Notes under the pieces: model-generated
What the model was told of the DNA's origin: nothing
Seen by the model: only the letters and a program-made list of their open reading frames with translations
The model's database searches: none
Position numbers and translations under genes: made by a program
Shown here: positions 1 to 13,642 of the stretch, one piece after another
Layout of the letters: the number at the start of each line of letters is the position of its first letter
How positions within the stretch are numbered: position 1 is the stretch's first letter
Source: Octopus vulgaris
Lineage: Eukaryota
Assembly (NCBI GenBank): GCA_951406725.2
Contig: OX597829.1
Location: 6,510,001 to 6,574,000, forward strand
DNA: 64,000 bases
Direction: 5' to 3'

Positions 1-200
1 ACAGTATTTGTTCCATTCTTCTCGTGCTCTCTCCATTCTCCTTCTCGTTGTTCCAAACATCTTTCTTAAATCTTCTTCCCACCTGACTGGTAGACTTCCG
101 AGTGGTCTCTTCCGTTTGCGCAGGAACTTCTCGAAACAGTCCACAATCGGGTGGTACAAGTGTGCCAGCCAAAGACTTACAGTTGTAGGTGCATATGGTA
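1..200 (-). mobile_element. RTE-clade LINE, degraded 3' end of ORF
   Basis: Minus-strand translation RKRKRPLGSLPVRWEEDLRKMFGTTRRRMERAREEW matches the RTE C-terminal KRxxGRPxxRWxDD...W motif; runs off the window edge. Confidence 0.6.
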
Positions 201-639
201 AGGTTGATCAGTTTTCTTGGCGGCTTCTTGCAATCTGAGACTCTCAGCAGATTCTCGTCACCCAGAATATGCCCCACCGTTATGGAGCGTCGCGAATCAC
301 GCACAGGGTAATGAGTCCAATTTCCTAATGCCGTTTTAGCCATAAGTTGACGCCACCCCGTTGGTTATACGAGAAGGCTATTGGTTACTTTTTCGTTCAA
401 GGTGTGCTCCTGTAGCCTTGTATCTTTAGACACTCAAAGCATTTTTATTAGATGACCGTTGACTACTCATGAGTTCATTTGCCCTTTGACGGGTTTTGTC
501 TTTTGTACCGCAGGGTGTCCAACAAACAACCTCCTTGACAAGTAAGCTCGGTGGGGTTGAGACAATTTAATCGCCGACGACCAGACAACGCAACAGGTTG
601 TATTGGATTACCAATAGCGCTCGAGAGCGTCCTGACATT

Positions 640-797
640 ATGTGTGTGTGTATGCGTGTGTATATATATGTATGTATATATGTATGTATGTGTGTGTGCA
701 TACATATATATATATACATATATATATACATATATACATATATATATATATGTATATATATGTGTGTGTGTGTATGTATATGTATATATATATATAT

Positions 798-857
<60 letters not shown>
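640..857. repeat. (TG)n/(TA)n/(CA)n compound microsatellite
   Basis: Direct reading; source of spurious YI/CV/TH ORFs. Confidence 0.95.
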
Positions 858-1135
858 CCTGACACACGTGTCCCTAGATGCAGCTCCGGCGGCCGGGGGT
901 GTTTGTCTCCCCTTCGTAAATGTATATAAGGACACAGGGAAAAATGTGTCAAAGCCATCAGGAGGCGTCGATGCTTCCTAGGGCTATACAGCGGTAGTGT
1001 ACCCCCCTACTGTCACGTTCGTGTTAGATTGTCAGTATACAACCATTCTATATATATATGTATATCCAGTTAAAAGAAGAAATAGAGTTAAGGAAGTTAA
1101 CAATTATTTATTATTAAACAAATTGGTCATCTTCG

Positions 1136-1230
1136 CTTCTAACAGCCGTTTCAATTACTCAATAATTTAATTGCAAATTTGTACATTAATTTTGCATTTA
1201 TGTGACAAGATTATCATTTCATCAGAGTTT
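1136..1230 (-). ncRNA. Possible degenerate type-I hammerhead ribozyme
   Basis: CUGAUGA, AAU..AUU stem II base, GAAA, quasi-palindromic ACGGCUGU stem III; stem I only ~2 bp. Confidence 0.4.
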
Positions 1231-1534
1231 TTAAAAAATGTACCACAGGATGTTATATGTGAACCTATCCGTTCATTTCAGAAGACTAAATATTGCCGTT
1301 TAAGATTTGTGTTATTATATGATCGGCTGAAGGGTTTACAGATTGATTAGAATATGACTAGCGATAAAGTAAAATAAATAAGATGTAGAATAATAAATTC
1401 AGTAAAAATAGAGATGATTGAGATAAAGAGAAATATAAATAAGGTAAATTTATAGTTGATAAAAAGAATAAAATATACATTTATAAGTTATAAATAAAAT
1501 TATTAAAAAATATTTATCTATATGTACATATATA

Positions 1535-1666
1535 TCTTCAAATTTTTACCATTAAGACTATTCCGCAGAGACCTGAATAAGTGGAAATCCGATGGAGCAA
1601 TATTTGGTGAATATGGATGGTGAGGTAACACATTCCAGCCGAGCTGCAGCAATTTTTGTCTGGTTC
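1535..1666 (-). mobile_element. Mariner transposase C-terminal fragment
   Basis: TRQKLLQLGWNVLPHHPYSPNIAPSDFHLFRSL = mariner YSPDLAPSD motif. Confidence 0.85.
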
Positions 1667-2353
1667 GTCTATCACCGAATAAATTACTTACGTAATCCTT
1701 CGTCCGAAGATTCACATGTATTAGAATTTTCTCTGATTTTCCAGATTTTTATATGCTAGGCTACTGGTTTTAAGTTGATATTAATTAAATTAATATTCAA
1801 TTTATCTCCCTCATTGTTTAAATGTTAAGATAATTATGTTCTCCAATAGGCAGCATTAACTGCTGTACATTATTTGCTGCAGAATTTGTTTCCGGAATTT
1901 AGCGCGCAAGAACTCAGACATTTGAAATTAACCCCAATATAATCGGTAGAACTAAGTACGTGTCTGGTTTTATACAGAAAACTGGTGGTTAGTTTTACAA
2001 ATTATATTGTTTTTGGAACGATCGTACTGATGAATCTACGGACGAAGGATTACGTAAGTAATTTATTCGGTAATAGAAGAAACCGGTATACGATTAATTC
2101 TTGACTTTTATATAATATTCATCTGTCTTGCCCGCCTATGTTCTGGTGTCCGCTGAATTTTCTCTGAAGAACAATCTTTCTTTGTAGTTTGATCGTATGT
2201 GATCTACTTCTAGCATATGGATGTCCACATAGTGGTTTTTAGCCCTAAATATACACATGTATTGGAATTTTCTCTGATTTTTCAGATTTTTGTATGCTAG
2301 GCTACTGGTTTTAAATTGATATTAATTAAATTAATATTCAATTCATCTCCCTC
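1667..2353 (+). mobile_element. Non-coding HHR-containing element (PLE pLTR-derived / retrozyme-like), ~541-nt monomer
   Basis: ~100-bp direct repeat at 1713-1812 and 2254-2353; HHR inside; 1667-1712 is an inverted copy of the HHR stem II; 3' end abuts TA/TATG microsatellite. Confidence 0.7.
2021..2094 (+). ncRNA. Type-I hammerhead ribozyme
   Basis: AUCGUA-CUGAUGA-long stem II (UCUA/UAGA, GGAUUAC-GUAA-GUAAUUU)-GAA-ACCGGU-A-UACGAU. Confidence 0.8.
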
Positions 2354-2372
2354 TTTATTTGAATATATATAC

Positions 2373-2403
<31 letters not shown>

Positions 2404-2829
2404 TGTATGTATGTATATGTATTTGTGTATGTATATATGTATAGTCTACTTCTATATCGAAATATGAAAGTGCCGTTTCGCAGCAATCGTATTTTTGTTT
2501 CGTGGAATGAAGTTTGATGATGTCTGTAATAGGCATTATTGTTATATTGGACCGAAGTTTGTGAAGCTTGGTCGTTGGATGAAACATAGACATATGATTG
2601 AATGTAGAAACAAAAAGAAATGTATTATACTGTGAACAGAAAACATTGCGAAGTATTTATTTTTGTTTCATTGAAAAGTATATTTTCCTATTGAACCCTA
2701 TTTGAATATTCCATATTAAAAGTCATTCTTCATGAATATTCTGCAGTATTAATGAGATATTTGTTTCTACTTCAGATAATATATATTAACTAGTCTAATG
2801 TTTCCCATTATTTGGTGGCTAAAAATTGT

Positions 2830-3765
2830 TTGCAAAGGAATCCAGTTAATGTCAGCTGAGACCCCAAGATGAACGAAAACTGAAGTATTCCATGATGAAA
2901 AATCCTTATGCAATGAGTAGTAAGATTTCTGAAGTAGCTGGCATCAACAATGTGCCAAAAAGCACCAGAAAAGCCTATCTAAGAAAGACTGGTAGTGTCA
3001 ATAAGATGGAAATTTAAACACCTCTTTCGAAAGACCAACGTGTGAAAAGGTTGGCATGGGCAGAAAAGTATATAGTACATAATTCTCCCGATGTCCTGTG
3101 GACAGTCGAGTGTAGAGCAACAGTGGGTTCTCTCGACGTTTGAGGAAGCAACAAGGGGACTGGATTGCTTGGAATCACAATAGATGGTTCTCTCAGAGTT
3201 GCATAAGCAGTTAAAATAAATTCTGTAAACTATTGTCAATTTCTGAGTGATAATTTCCTTCCTTGGTATCAGAGTCAATCGGCAGAGAAAATATCATTGA
3301 ATATTTTCATGAAGGACACGCCTCAAAGTATTCTATGAAGTGACTGAATGGCCATGATATCTTGGAATCCAATATAATGACTTGGCTCCTATATAGTTCT
3401 AACCTTAACCCAACAAAGAATTTTTGATCCATCATTAACGGAAAAGTTTATGAGAATTGTAAGCAATATTCCAGCATAGATGAACTTTGGAGAGCAATAT
3501 GTGATACTTGTGATAGTGTTCTAATGCAGCAACTAGAAAATCCTGTCTCACCTCTTGATAAGAGGCTTTTGGAACTGATTAAAAGAAAGCAGGTCGTATT
3601 ACTGAATATTATCATTTGTTACTATGCAACTTTGTTCAACTTTGTAATATATTATACAAAGGTATAGTGTATCTCAAATACATGCGAATAACCATGTTCA
3701 TCTAAGCGTTTATTTAGTTTTAAAATTATTTATTTTTAATTTGAAAACTCATTTTGGCCAGTATT
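2830..3765 (+). mobile_element. Tc1-like DNA transposon relic
   Basis: Broken frames KRLAWAEKY..DVLWTVECRA and IMTWLLYSSNLNPTKNF..VYENCKQYSSIDELWRAI (WPxxSPDLNPIENLW motif); TTTTGGCCAG TIR-like end near 3760. Confidence 0.65.
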
Positions 3766-3959
3766 TAACCGTCCATTCTTCTTATTTGTCCAATTATCTT
3801 AAAATTGATAAAATGACAGGTTGTTCTCGGTACTTTAAATTACAACAGAATTTTCTATGTACCAGTTAACACTTCGATTCATTATTTGCCTTGATCTTTA
3901 TTCTTTGCAAATGCATTCTCTTTTTGTTTGCAGTGTAAATGTTACAGGATTTATTTTGT

Positions 3960-4536
3960 TATTTATATTTTATTTGAGGACATGTAATATGATGCATAAA
4001 AGAAAACGTAATTCCTTTCAATCATCTGAAGTCCGACGCTCAAGAAGTGGAATAGCCAGAGAACACACAAGTAGAAAGACAGGATTGTCTGCAATCTGAG
4101 AGACAGCGAAATGCCATGGAGACACTAGAACAACAAGAAGTAAAACTTCAGTGTGAAATAACAAGGGAAGTCCACTTGAAGAAATAAGAAACAGCGGAAA
4201 CGAAGGAGATTGAAGTCTCAAGCCCATAGAAATCCCGCTTGACGAACCACGAGATATCATAACAGAAACGACCAAGGTTGGGGCCTCAAGCCGATAGAGA
4301 AGCCTGCTTAAGATAAAAGGTGTTAAAAGAAAAGCTTAAAAGTAACGCCGCCAGAAATGCCTACTCCATAGAACAGGAAACACCAGAGCAATGACCATAC
4401 AGGTTGGAATATAAAGCTTCTTCTTGTGAAGAGTTGCAACCTTTAGCTAGATCTGACGCATGGGCATTACGATAGATGTCTTATAAATACATTTGAGTGT
4501 AGTGCAGACCGGAATGAAGGCCGGGCGACCACTAGT
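3960..4536 (+). mobile_element. Possible Helitron remnant
   Basis: GC hairpin CCGG..CCGG followed by CTAG-T at 4532-4536 (Helitron 3' signature); upstream R/E-rich broken frame; 5' end not defined. Confidence 0.35.
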
Positions 4537-4771
4537 TCTGAATAATTTTTTCAAAAGCAAACGCATAGTATGCACCAACCTCTGATGATAATCATTTGTT
4601 TAACGTCATTAATGAAACATCAATGACAATGTAAAACGTAATGGAGGTCGCAGCTTGTATATACATGCATATGTATGGGAAGAAACGTATCTATACACAC
4701 ATATGTGCGCATATTTTTGTGTATATATATATATACATGTATGCACATATATGTGTGTGTGTGTGTGTGGG

Positions 4772-4807
<36 letters not shown>

Positions 4808-4982
4808 CATATACACACACTATGCAAACTTTAGGTTAGTTAAGACATGTTTGGGGTATACTTCAACCTCTAAAGGCAGACTCACGACAGTTATTGTAGT
4901 GAAAAAGCCTCTCCTATGGTGAAAGACATTAAAACACCAGTGTTACGCCATTACGAGTTACATCGGGTCGGGAGACATTCAA

Positions 4983-5328
4983 CAGTATCAGTGCAAAGCG
5001 GTGTTTAGTTATAAGCGAACTTTAGGTTAGTTAAACCATGTTTGTGACGTATTTCAACTTCTAAAGGCAGATTCAGTGCAGTTACCGTGGAGAAATCTGC
5101 CGAATCTGCTCAGTGTTGCATCTGTCGGATTCCCAGACGCAGCATTTCTAGCTCATCAGCCGTTATCTTTTGCCTCTCTTCAGTATTTCACATTGATAAC
5201 CATAAGAGAAACTTTCTTTATGGTAACTGCTGCGAATTTATCTTTAGAAATTGAAATATGTCACAAATATGTTTTAACTGACCTAATGTTCGCCTATACC
5301 TAAACACTGTTTGACGCTGATATTACTG
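4983..5328. mobile_element. MITE-like element with ~55-bp imperfect TIRs
   Basis: 4983-5037 is the reverse complement of 5271-5328; a second partial copy of the left part lies at 4827-4905. Confidence 0.55.
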
Positions 5329-5333
5329 TCATA

Positions 5334-5392
<59 letters not shown>

Positions 5393-5424
5393 CCATAGAT
5401 AAATCCATACGTACATACACTCAC

Positions 5425-5594
5425 ATAGGTGCTTGGGTGGCGTTGTGATAAAAAGTTTCGGGTTCAGTCCTACTGCTGGGCAGGTGTCTTCACCTATATC
5501 TATGGGCCCACCAAAGGTTTGTGAGTAGATTTGGTTAACAGAAAGTGGAAGCCCATCACGTATAGATATGTGTGTGTGTGTGTGTGTGCGTGTG

Positions 5595-5625
<31 letters not shown>

Positions 5626-5825
5626 CCTAGGCCTGTGTTTGTCCCCGTTCACAGCTTGACAGCCCTTCATTGTTTTGTTTCCGTCACTGTAACTTTGCGG
5701 TTTAAGAGGCCGATAGAATAAGCACAAGGCTTTTAAAAACTGTATTGGAATCGATTCTTTCGACTAAAATTCTTCGAGGCAGCGGCCTAGCATGGCCGCA
5801 CTCTAATGACTGATACAAGAAAAAG
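5425..5825 (+). mobile_element. tRNA-derived SINE family 1 (internal microsatellite)
   Basis: GGGTTCAGTCC B-box-like head, GTGTCTTC..GGATTTGGT core, CTCCAGCATGGCCGCA-like tail; multiple copies in the window. Confidence 0.8.
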
Positions 5826-6420
5826 AAAAAGAAACACAAACGCAAGCACTTATATGAATGTGTAAACAGGAACGCCTGTGCGCGCGCGAACGTGTTTACA
5901 AACATTTGCCTAAACAAGAACTGAGATATTCGTGTGCTTGCTGTCTTTTAGGAGGACAATCAATTTTATGACATACTAAAGTGTCAGAAGCGGTCACATT
6001 TTTCTTTTTATCATCTAGTTGTCACTTCTACGTCTCTATCTTCAACTCTCACCTCCACCCACTAATGCACGTCATTCAACGTCATTCTAGTGGTGGCTCT
6101 CTTTTTTTTTTTGTTTTTGTTTTTGTTTCTTCTTTTGTTATATTGCTGTTTTATTATCCTGCCTCCCTCCCTCTGCTGCTTACGACCATTTTCGCATGCA
6201 TCATAATGTTTAACACAAAGTACAACGTGTCAGTAAGAGAATTTATTTGCTTAGCAAGATGAGACAGGCCGACATGAATGGAATGGTGGAACACATACAC
6301 ACACACAAAGTCACACACACACACATACACACCTTGTGAATATATGTATGTATATATGTATGTATATGTATGTGTGCAAGAATGTATGTATGTACGTATG
6401 TATATCTACGTCTCTTATTC

Positions 6421-6455
<35 letters not shown>

Positions 6456-7169
6456 GCATATATATATATATATATATACACATATATATTTATAAATATG
6501 CACACACACATATATTTATAACTATGCACACACTCACACACATATATACACACACACATATATATATGAATATGTTATATATACTAGATACACAAACACA
6601 TACACACACGTAATGGTGTGGGTGGTGTGCTTTTATTTTTGTTTTGTTTGCGATGAAGTTTCATGCGTTGGTTTCTTTTCTTTTGTCTTCCAAATATGTC
6701 GGTTCGACCTTTACGGAAGTGCTACTGAAGAAATCGAATATATTCCAGACCTATTTTTTTTATATATACATTTTGTATGTTTTTATGAGAGACAGAAACG
6801 TAAAAGTAAAAAATTTTAATGATACAATGAAAAAAAAATAAATTAAAAAACGAGTAACAGAAATGATGGAAGTCAAATCGTTACCAAGGCAACGACAATA
6901 TATGGTTTATGATGTCAATGTGACAAAACGATGTGATATTTTCGACATATGCGTGAATCCGTGTTCTCGTTCGTGTGCGCCTGAGCAGCTCTGTCTCCTG
7001 CTTTCTCGTTCTTTTTTTCTTTTATACACACGTGTGTGTGTGTGCGTGTGTGTATGTGTGCGCGCGTGTGTGTGTGTGTTTCTGTATGCGTTTACATGCA
7101 CATATTAGGAGTAACTTTTTAAATGTAATTATGATGATGACAAGGTGAACGTTGACACAATATCATAGT

Positions 7170-7450
7170 CTACAATAATTCTATCTTTATTGGCTGCAAG
7201 GTCCGCGCAGAAAACAATAATGAGGATACAAAAAGGACACCGAGGATTTTTATAAGAACCCCCAAACGCCTCGGACAACTCCAATCGCCAAGCGCACTTT
7301 GGGAAGGCAACACTCTACATTTCATACACTCCAGCCTATGGCGCATGCTCAAATTAGACTCATTCACACAAGCCATCCGCACTGCATTCACTTACCTTTC
7401 AACAAGTGAGCGTCGATAAAGGGACGAGAACCTGCAGAACTGTTTCATTA
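7170..7450 (-). mobile_element. Tx1/L1-clade LINE 3' fragment
   Basis: NETVLQVLV and VNAVRMACVNESNLSM homologous to C-termini at 9847-10308 and 58330-58390; AATAAA near the end. Confidence 0.55.
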
Positions 7451-7520
7451 GCGGGCGCCTTCATTGCTGAAATTCCTGAGAAGTGGGTAAGGGGATCGTC
7501 GAGTACATGGACCCCAGTGC

Positions 7521-7521
<1 letters not shown>

Positions 7522-7563
<42 letters not shown>

Positions 7564-7576
7564 TAATAATAATAAC

Positions 7577-7638
<62 letters not shown>

Positions 7639-7985
7639 TAACAATAACAACAACAATAATAATAATAATAATAATAATGCAATATAATATGATAATAATA
7701 ATAATAACAATAACAATAACAATAATAATAATAATGATAACGTAATAATAATAATAATAATAATGTAATAATAATAACAATAATAATGATAACAACAACT
7801 ACAATAATAATAATAATACTAATGATAGTAATAATAACAATAATAATAATAATAATAACAATAACAACAACAACAATAATAATAATAATAACAATAACAA
7901 TAATAACAATAACAACAATAATAATAATAACAATAATAATAATAACGACAATAATAATAACAATAATAATAATAATAATAATAAC

Positions 7986-8022
<37 letters not shown>

Positions 8023-8083
8023 TAATAATAATAATAATAATAATAACAACAACAATGACAATAATAATAATAATAATAATATT

Positions 8084-8114
<31 letters not shown>

Positions 8115-8131
8115 GCAACAACAACAACAAC

Positions 8132-8200
<69 letters not shown>

Positions 8201-8282
8201 AAGAAGAAGAAGAAGAAGAAGAAGAAGAAGAAATAGAAGAAAAACAACAACAACAACAGCAATAACAAACAAACAAACAACA
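7522..8282. repeat. (AAT)n/(AAC)n/(AAG)n trinucleotide array
   Basis: Direct reading. Confidence 0.97.
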
Positions 8283-8739
8283 CTAATTTCGTTTGTACTG
8301 TATGAACGTGGTGCCAGCTTCCGAAATATATCAAGTTTATGGTTTATAGGAATCTCTTTACTATTGTGAATTTGTGTCAATATTGCATAAGGACTATTAC
8401 TCTCCAGATGAATGAAACTACTGAATTGTACTCTAATGGGAACAATTCATGTAATATTTTATCTACTTTTGTTTGTTTTATTTTCTCTGCATGAATTATG
8501 ACGTCATTAACACCTCCAATGAAATTCAGCGAGTAATTGCTAGGAAGGCCGATAGATAACATTACCAACAGCAGTCGCCTAAAAGTAGCGATACACATGC
8601 CGTTAGAAAGGCTTGAAAGAAATATAGGCAAATATGGTTCACGTGGTCAGGGTTAAGCAGTTAGGGAGCAGAGAGGTCGTCTTAAAAAGCAAAACCCTCA
8701 CTCTCTAGCATACTATAATTTCCATTCGAGGAGACTACT

Positions 8740-9135
8740 TTGTGGTAAGAAGCTTGTTTCCCAACCACATGGTTCTGGGTTCAGTCCCACTGCGTGGCAC
8801 CTTGGCCATGTGTCATCTGTGTATATTCGCCTCAGGTTAACCGAAGACTTCTGAGTGAATTTGGTAGACGGAAACTGAAAGAAGCCCGTCGTATACATAT
8901 ATATATATGCGTGTTTGTGTGTATATGTTCGTGTGTCTGTTTTTGTCCCTTCACCATCGCTTCACAAACGCTGTTGGTGTGATACGTCTCCGTAACTTAA
9001 AGTTTCGGCAAAAGAGACCGATATAATAAGTACCAGGCTTAGAAAGATTAAGTCCTGGGACTCGATTTGCTCGACTAAAAGGCGGTGCTCCAGCATGGCC
9101 GCATTCAAGATGACTGTAACAAGTAAAAGAATATA
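8740..9135 (+). mobile_element. SINE family 1
   Basis: TGTGGTAAG..GGGTTCAGTCCCACTGCGTGGCACCTTGG head to GAAACAAGTAAAAGA-like tail. Confidence 0.88.
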
Positions 9136-9364
9136 AGAAAGACAACAATGAAGTCACGCTTTAAGACTTCATTCGGAGAAGACATCCATTGGCTGTTTGG
9201 TTTATGTTTCATTGGAGGATGCTGATACTCTTCTCGCTGTAAAACATGATATAGTTTTGTTTCGTACCCGCTGGGTAGAATCCAAAGCAATATTAGTATT
9301 GTGCTGAAAGACAATTAGAGTACGTGTATGTGTGCGTGCATCAGACTCTGTGTGTGTGCGTGTG

Positions 9365-9461
9365 TGTATAGATATAGATATAGATATCGATAGATAGTTA
9401 GATAGGTAGATAGATAGACAGACAAACCGAAAGACAGACATACAGACAGATAGATAGATAA

Positions 9462-9556
<95 letters not shown>

Positions 9557-9580
9557 CATAGATAGATAGATAGATAGATA
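9365..9580. repeat. (AGAT)n microsatellite
   Basis: Direct reading. Confidence 0.97.
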
Positions 9581-11422
9581 ACTTTTTATTGTGGCCGCAC
9601 AGGGCTAAACACAGAAAAAATGGACGAAATACAATGTAGAGTTTTTTATTTTCGGGGTGGGATGGGTGGGACACAAAGAAAAAAACGTTCGATCAATAGG
9701 GATCTGTGGGTTATGTGGTGTATAAAAAAGCAATATATATAAAGTTCACAGTTTAGGTGTAGCCTTGGAAAGAAAATACCTAAAAAAAAGACCAAGGTCA
9801 CCTCAGACAGTTCGAAATGTACACTTGAGTAAGTTGTCTCTTTTGGTTACAGATTTACGCTTAAAATGGTGTCGTCTTTCATACTGACCATTTTTGCCAC
9901 TTTTACCCACTTTTTATCGAAACATTTGTTCGACAAAGACTTCCTCTCTATTCTTATCCTCCTTTTCAAGTGGTACTTGAAAAAGTTGACGAGAGACTGA
10001 CCAGAGAGGAAGGTGTTTGTTTGCAGTCCTTTCAAACGCGTCCACCACACACATTCTTTCGCCATAGTCATCAGCGTAACGAAAACCGTTTTCCCTTCCC
10101 GTTTAAAGGAAGGTGGTGGAACAATATTCACGATAAACTCGGCCGATAAGCGGTCCACAGCTCTGAAATATCTGGACACTGCACGAGTGCCTGCAGAACG
10201 GATTCGTCGTTCTGACCGCATCTCGGGCAGGTCGGTCCGGTGATGGTTTTCGAACCGTGCCTGTAGCTCTTCTCTCGTACAGGTAGTGCGTCTCGATAGC
10301 ATTGCCAAGCCAGGGATTTCTGGAAGTTATCCATAGGCCCCAGCCCGAACGTCGTCCTGAACAGGCGGGCTAGGAATTTCTCGTCGACGCCCAGGTTTGC
10401 CCCGAGTGTCGTCGGACCTCCCCTCTACTAGTCCTCTATAGAACGCTTTAGTCATTTGTAAGTTGCACAAGTTTGACCCCGGACGGCAGACACTCGGTGC
10501 CAATCGCCCAGTTTCGGTCTCTTCTTGATCCACGTTTGCAGTTCGGTCAGTGAGACGAGCTGCGGGAAGGCGCGCCTCTCAAACGGCTTCCACACATGTT
10601 CACCGTCATCGATGAAGTTCCAGAGATGTCGCAGTCTCAGGGCATGCCTGCGCATCATCAACCACGGCATGCCAAGTCCTCCATTTAATGGATGTTGACT
10701 GAAAATGGATCGCCTCACCACCGGAACGCCACCCTTCCACAGAAAGCGTTCCAGTTTGGTGATGGTAGCGTCGGGACAAGGCACGACGGTCAGGCGATAA
10801 TCGATGACGGATGCGATGTACGCGTTCGCCACCTCCGCCCGACCTTTTAGAGACAGCTTTCTCTCAGCCCATGTCTGGCTGAGAGCGACCACTCTACTCG
10901 TGATCTCGTCCCAGTTCTTATCCATTTGGAGGTCCGGACTGAACCAGACCCGAGCAATTTAACCGGTCCGTCCGTCCAGCGTCCCACTACTGAGCCGCAG
11001 TCGGACGGCATGGGCTTGCTTCTCCAGTTGCCGAGTAGCAAACCCACTGACTTTTCCGGGTTAATCTTCGCCCCGTCACTGTTTCCTATTTTTTTAGTGT
11101 ATCGACTATCATCTTGATGTGTTTGTCGCTCGACACTATGACGGTGACATCGTCCGCATATGCCGACACGCTCGTCCCGCAACCCAGTTCCCGTGGGATG
11201 CCCCTCAGTGTCGCCAGCTTCCGCAGTAGCGGCTCGAGAGTCAATACATACAGAAGCGCCGACAGGGGACACCCCTGACGGACCGAACGCGTGATGTCAA
11301 ACGGTTTCGACAGGTGACCGTTCACTCGATTCATCGATCGGATGCCGCTATAAAAGGCAGCGATCCAACCGCGGAAGACGGGACCGAAGCCAGCCGCCCT
11401 GTGGACGACCGCTAAGTACCGA
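9581..11422 (-). mobile_element. Tx1/L1-clade LINE, 5'-truncated, frameshifted ORF2 (RT + C-terminal Zn finger)
   Basis: RSVRQGCPLSALLYVLTLEPLL, SAYADDVT, KLSLKGRAEVAN, GGLGMP, CPRCGQNDESVLQALVQC; 3' UTR ending AATAAAAAG into (TATC)n. Confidence 0.92.
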
Positions 11423-11659
11423 TTTAATATAGAGATAACGAAATTTAAATTTTCTAAAGGTTAGTTGCCCGCTTTCAGTTCAATTTTCCTGTAACAAGTG
11501 GATTATAAGTGGATAAATCAGTGTATTTGCTTTAGAATAACCCTCTTTAGCCCTTAATTATAAGATGATTATACTTCAACTGTAAAGGTTTCTTTTAATA
11601 TACTGCCACGCTTTTTGATGGAATCCTTTTCTGTAGAGAAAGGGACTTCATCCTATATT

Positions 11660-11660
11660 G

Positions 11661-11715
<55 letters not shown>

Positions 11716-11859
11716 CATACATATGTATATATATATATATATATGTACATACACATATATATATACATATATACACATACATACAAGTGTATATATATAT
11801 ATACATATATATATGTATATATGAAGAGATAGATAGATAAACAGATAGATGGATGGATG

Positions 11860-11928
<69 letters not shown>

Positions 11929-11950
11929 GCAGAGAAACAGACAGATATAT
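11660..11950. repeat. (TA)n + (AGAT)n microsatellites
   Basis: Direct reading. Confidence 0.95.
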
Positions 11951-12334
11951 ATATTAATACATACGCATATACAAAGTGAGAGTATCAGTGATAACAATGT
12001 ATATGACCGCTTGTAGTTGAAGAGGTTCTTTTCAGAGGTTCGAGAGTGAAACCATGGTATATTACTTTGTTGTAAAAGCCCCATAAGGTTGGTCTACTTC
12101 TGTTTCATGAGATTATAGAAACGCATTTTAAAAATAATTTTCTTTTAAATCATTTTATCATTTCGCGCTAAAGTAAAAACACATTTGCCCTTCAAATGTT
12201 TCAAAATGTTCAAATGTTTCTCAGCGGATTGTTAGTGTTTCGTTAGAAGCTATACACTTTTATGAAGTTGCAATGTTTTGGTATTGTTGCGCATGTGCAG
12301 TAACTTACAGAATGAAATATTAAAATATCTAAAT

Positions 12335-12395
<61 letters not shown>

Positions 12396-12574
12396 ACACA
12401 CACACAACACACACCTACATACAGATACACACACACACTCACTCATACACATAGACGATTGGTGTTGTTTTTTATTTTATTTGTATCTCTCTTACAAACA
12501 TCTATTTATCTACATCTCTTACTTTCACTCAATGTGTATTAAATTTGCATATTCAATTACATACACACACATGC

Positions 12575-12652
<78 letters not shown>

Positions 12653-12653
12653 C

Positions 12654-12822
12654 GGAGATGTACTCGCATAGCAAGTGATTTGATCTGAGATCGTGTGCTG
12701 AAACGAAAACAATTCCAGCGTGGATTTTTGTCAGTGAACAGGTCGCGGATTTTAGCGACGAAAATATTTTGACAAATTAAACTTAAATGTTGAAGTGAAT
12801 CGAACGGCTTTTGTGTGTTTTG
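12654..12822. mobile_element. HHR module family A, head-to-head with deletion
   Basis: 12654-12723 matches the family 3' end on minus, joined to a plus-strand HHR part; homologous to 13958-14301, 21785-21985, 26920-27066; next to (TA)n. Confidence 0.75.
12727..12776 (+). ncRNA. Hammerhead ribozyme variant with G3:C8 core
   Basis: UUUGUCA-GUGAACA-G-GUCGC..GCGAC-GAA-AAUAUU-U-UGACAAA. Confidence 0.75.
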
Positions 12823-13550
12823 TGGGTATATATACAAAGTTCATTACATTACCAAAACTATTAATGTTATTATTATTATTATTATTAATACCAATATTAG
12901 ATTATGTGCATTCTGCTATTCACAATACATAGTAGATGGAAAATACCACATAAAATATAGTATAGTATAATATAATATAGTATAATATAAAATATTATAT
13001 ATCACATATATAATATAGTATAACATAATATATAGACAGATGCCTATGAAAGATGTAAGCACATTAATTCAACAAATAATGTCATTATATCCATTATATC
13101 ATACAGTCAAAATCGAAACTTCAATCTTATTCTGCATACATATATATATATACACAGGTAACAAACACATGCATATGCATATACATACATCCACCAATGT
13201 ATATAAAGAGATTTTATCCTTATTTGGATGTTCCTATTTATGTAGTTAATAAATAATATGAATTGGTAATATCCGTAAGTTGATGACTGAAATGAATTTG
13301 TTCCTCCATTTTCTTATTTGTATTATGAACTTTAGGTAAAATATTTTACCTTCGCCCATCTAATACAATAAATGAATTAATTGCATTGCAATTATAACCA
13401 TTTATGTATTTGCCATTTGGGTGCTTCACCAGCAGTATATTGGATAACCGATATCCCATTGTGGGTTACACTCATAACCCCTATCTCACATTATATATAT
13501 GTATATATGTATCAAAGGAAATAAATGAAAAACAGGATGCAAAGGATTTT

Positions 13551-13642
13551 GCGGTACATATGTTTCGGGTTCATAGAACAACTTATTCTTACATCAATGC
13601 ATAGTTGATATAATAAATAGATCAAAAACCTTCTTCAGCCGC
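13551..13642 (-). ncRNA. Type-I hammerhead ribozyme, long stem II
   Basis: GCGG-CUGAAGA-AGGUU..(AUAUCAA/UUGAUGU)..AACCC-GAA-ACAUAUGU-A-CCGC. Confidence 0.8.

Noticed and set aside
4575-4650. CUGAUGA motif
   Set aside because: No correctly placed GAAA/stem III/UH
5130-5166. CUGAUGA-GCUA-GAAA on the minus strand inside a MITE
   Set aside because: No stem II and weak stem I
8290-8657. piggyBac relic (GGGTTAA end, weak GR..QY motif)
   Set aside because: Similarity too weak; no partner TIR found
12012-12064. Hammerhead (UUGAAGA..GAAACCAUGGUA)
   Set aside because: Palindromic stem III present but stems I and II do not pair in register
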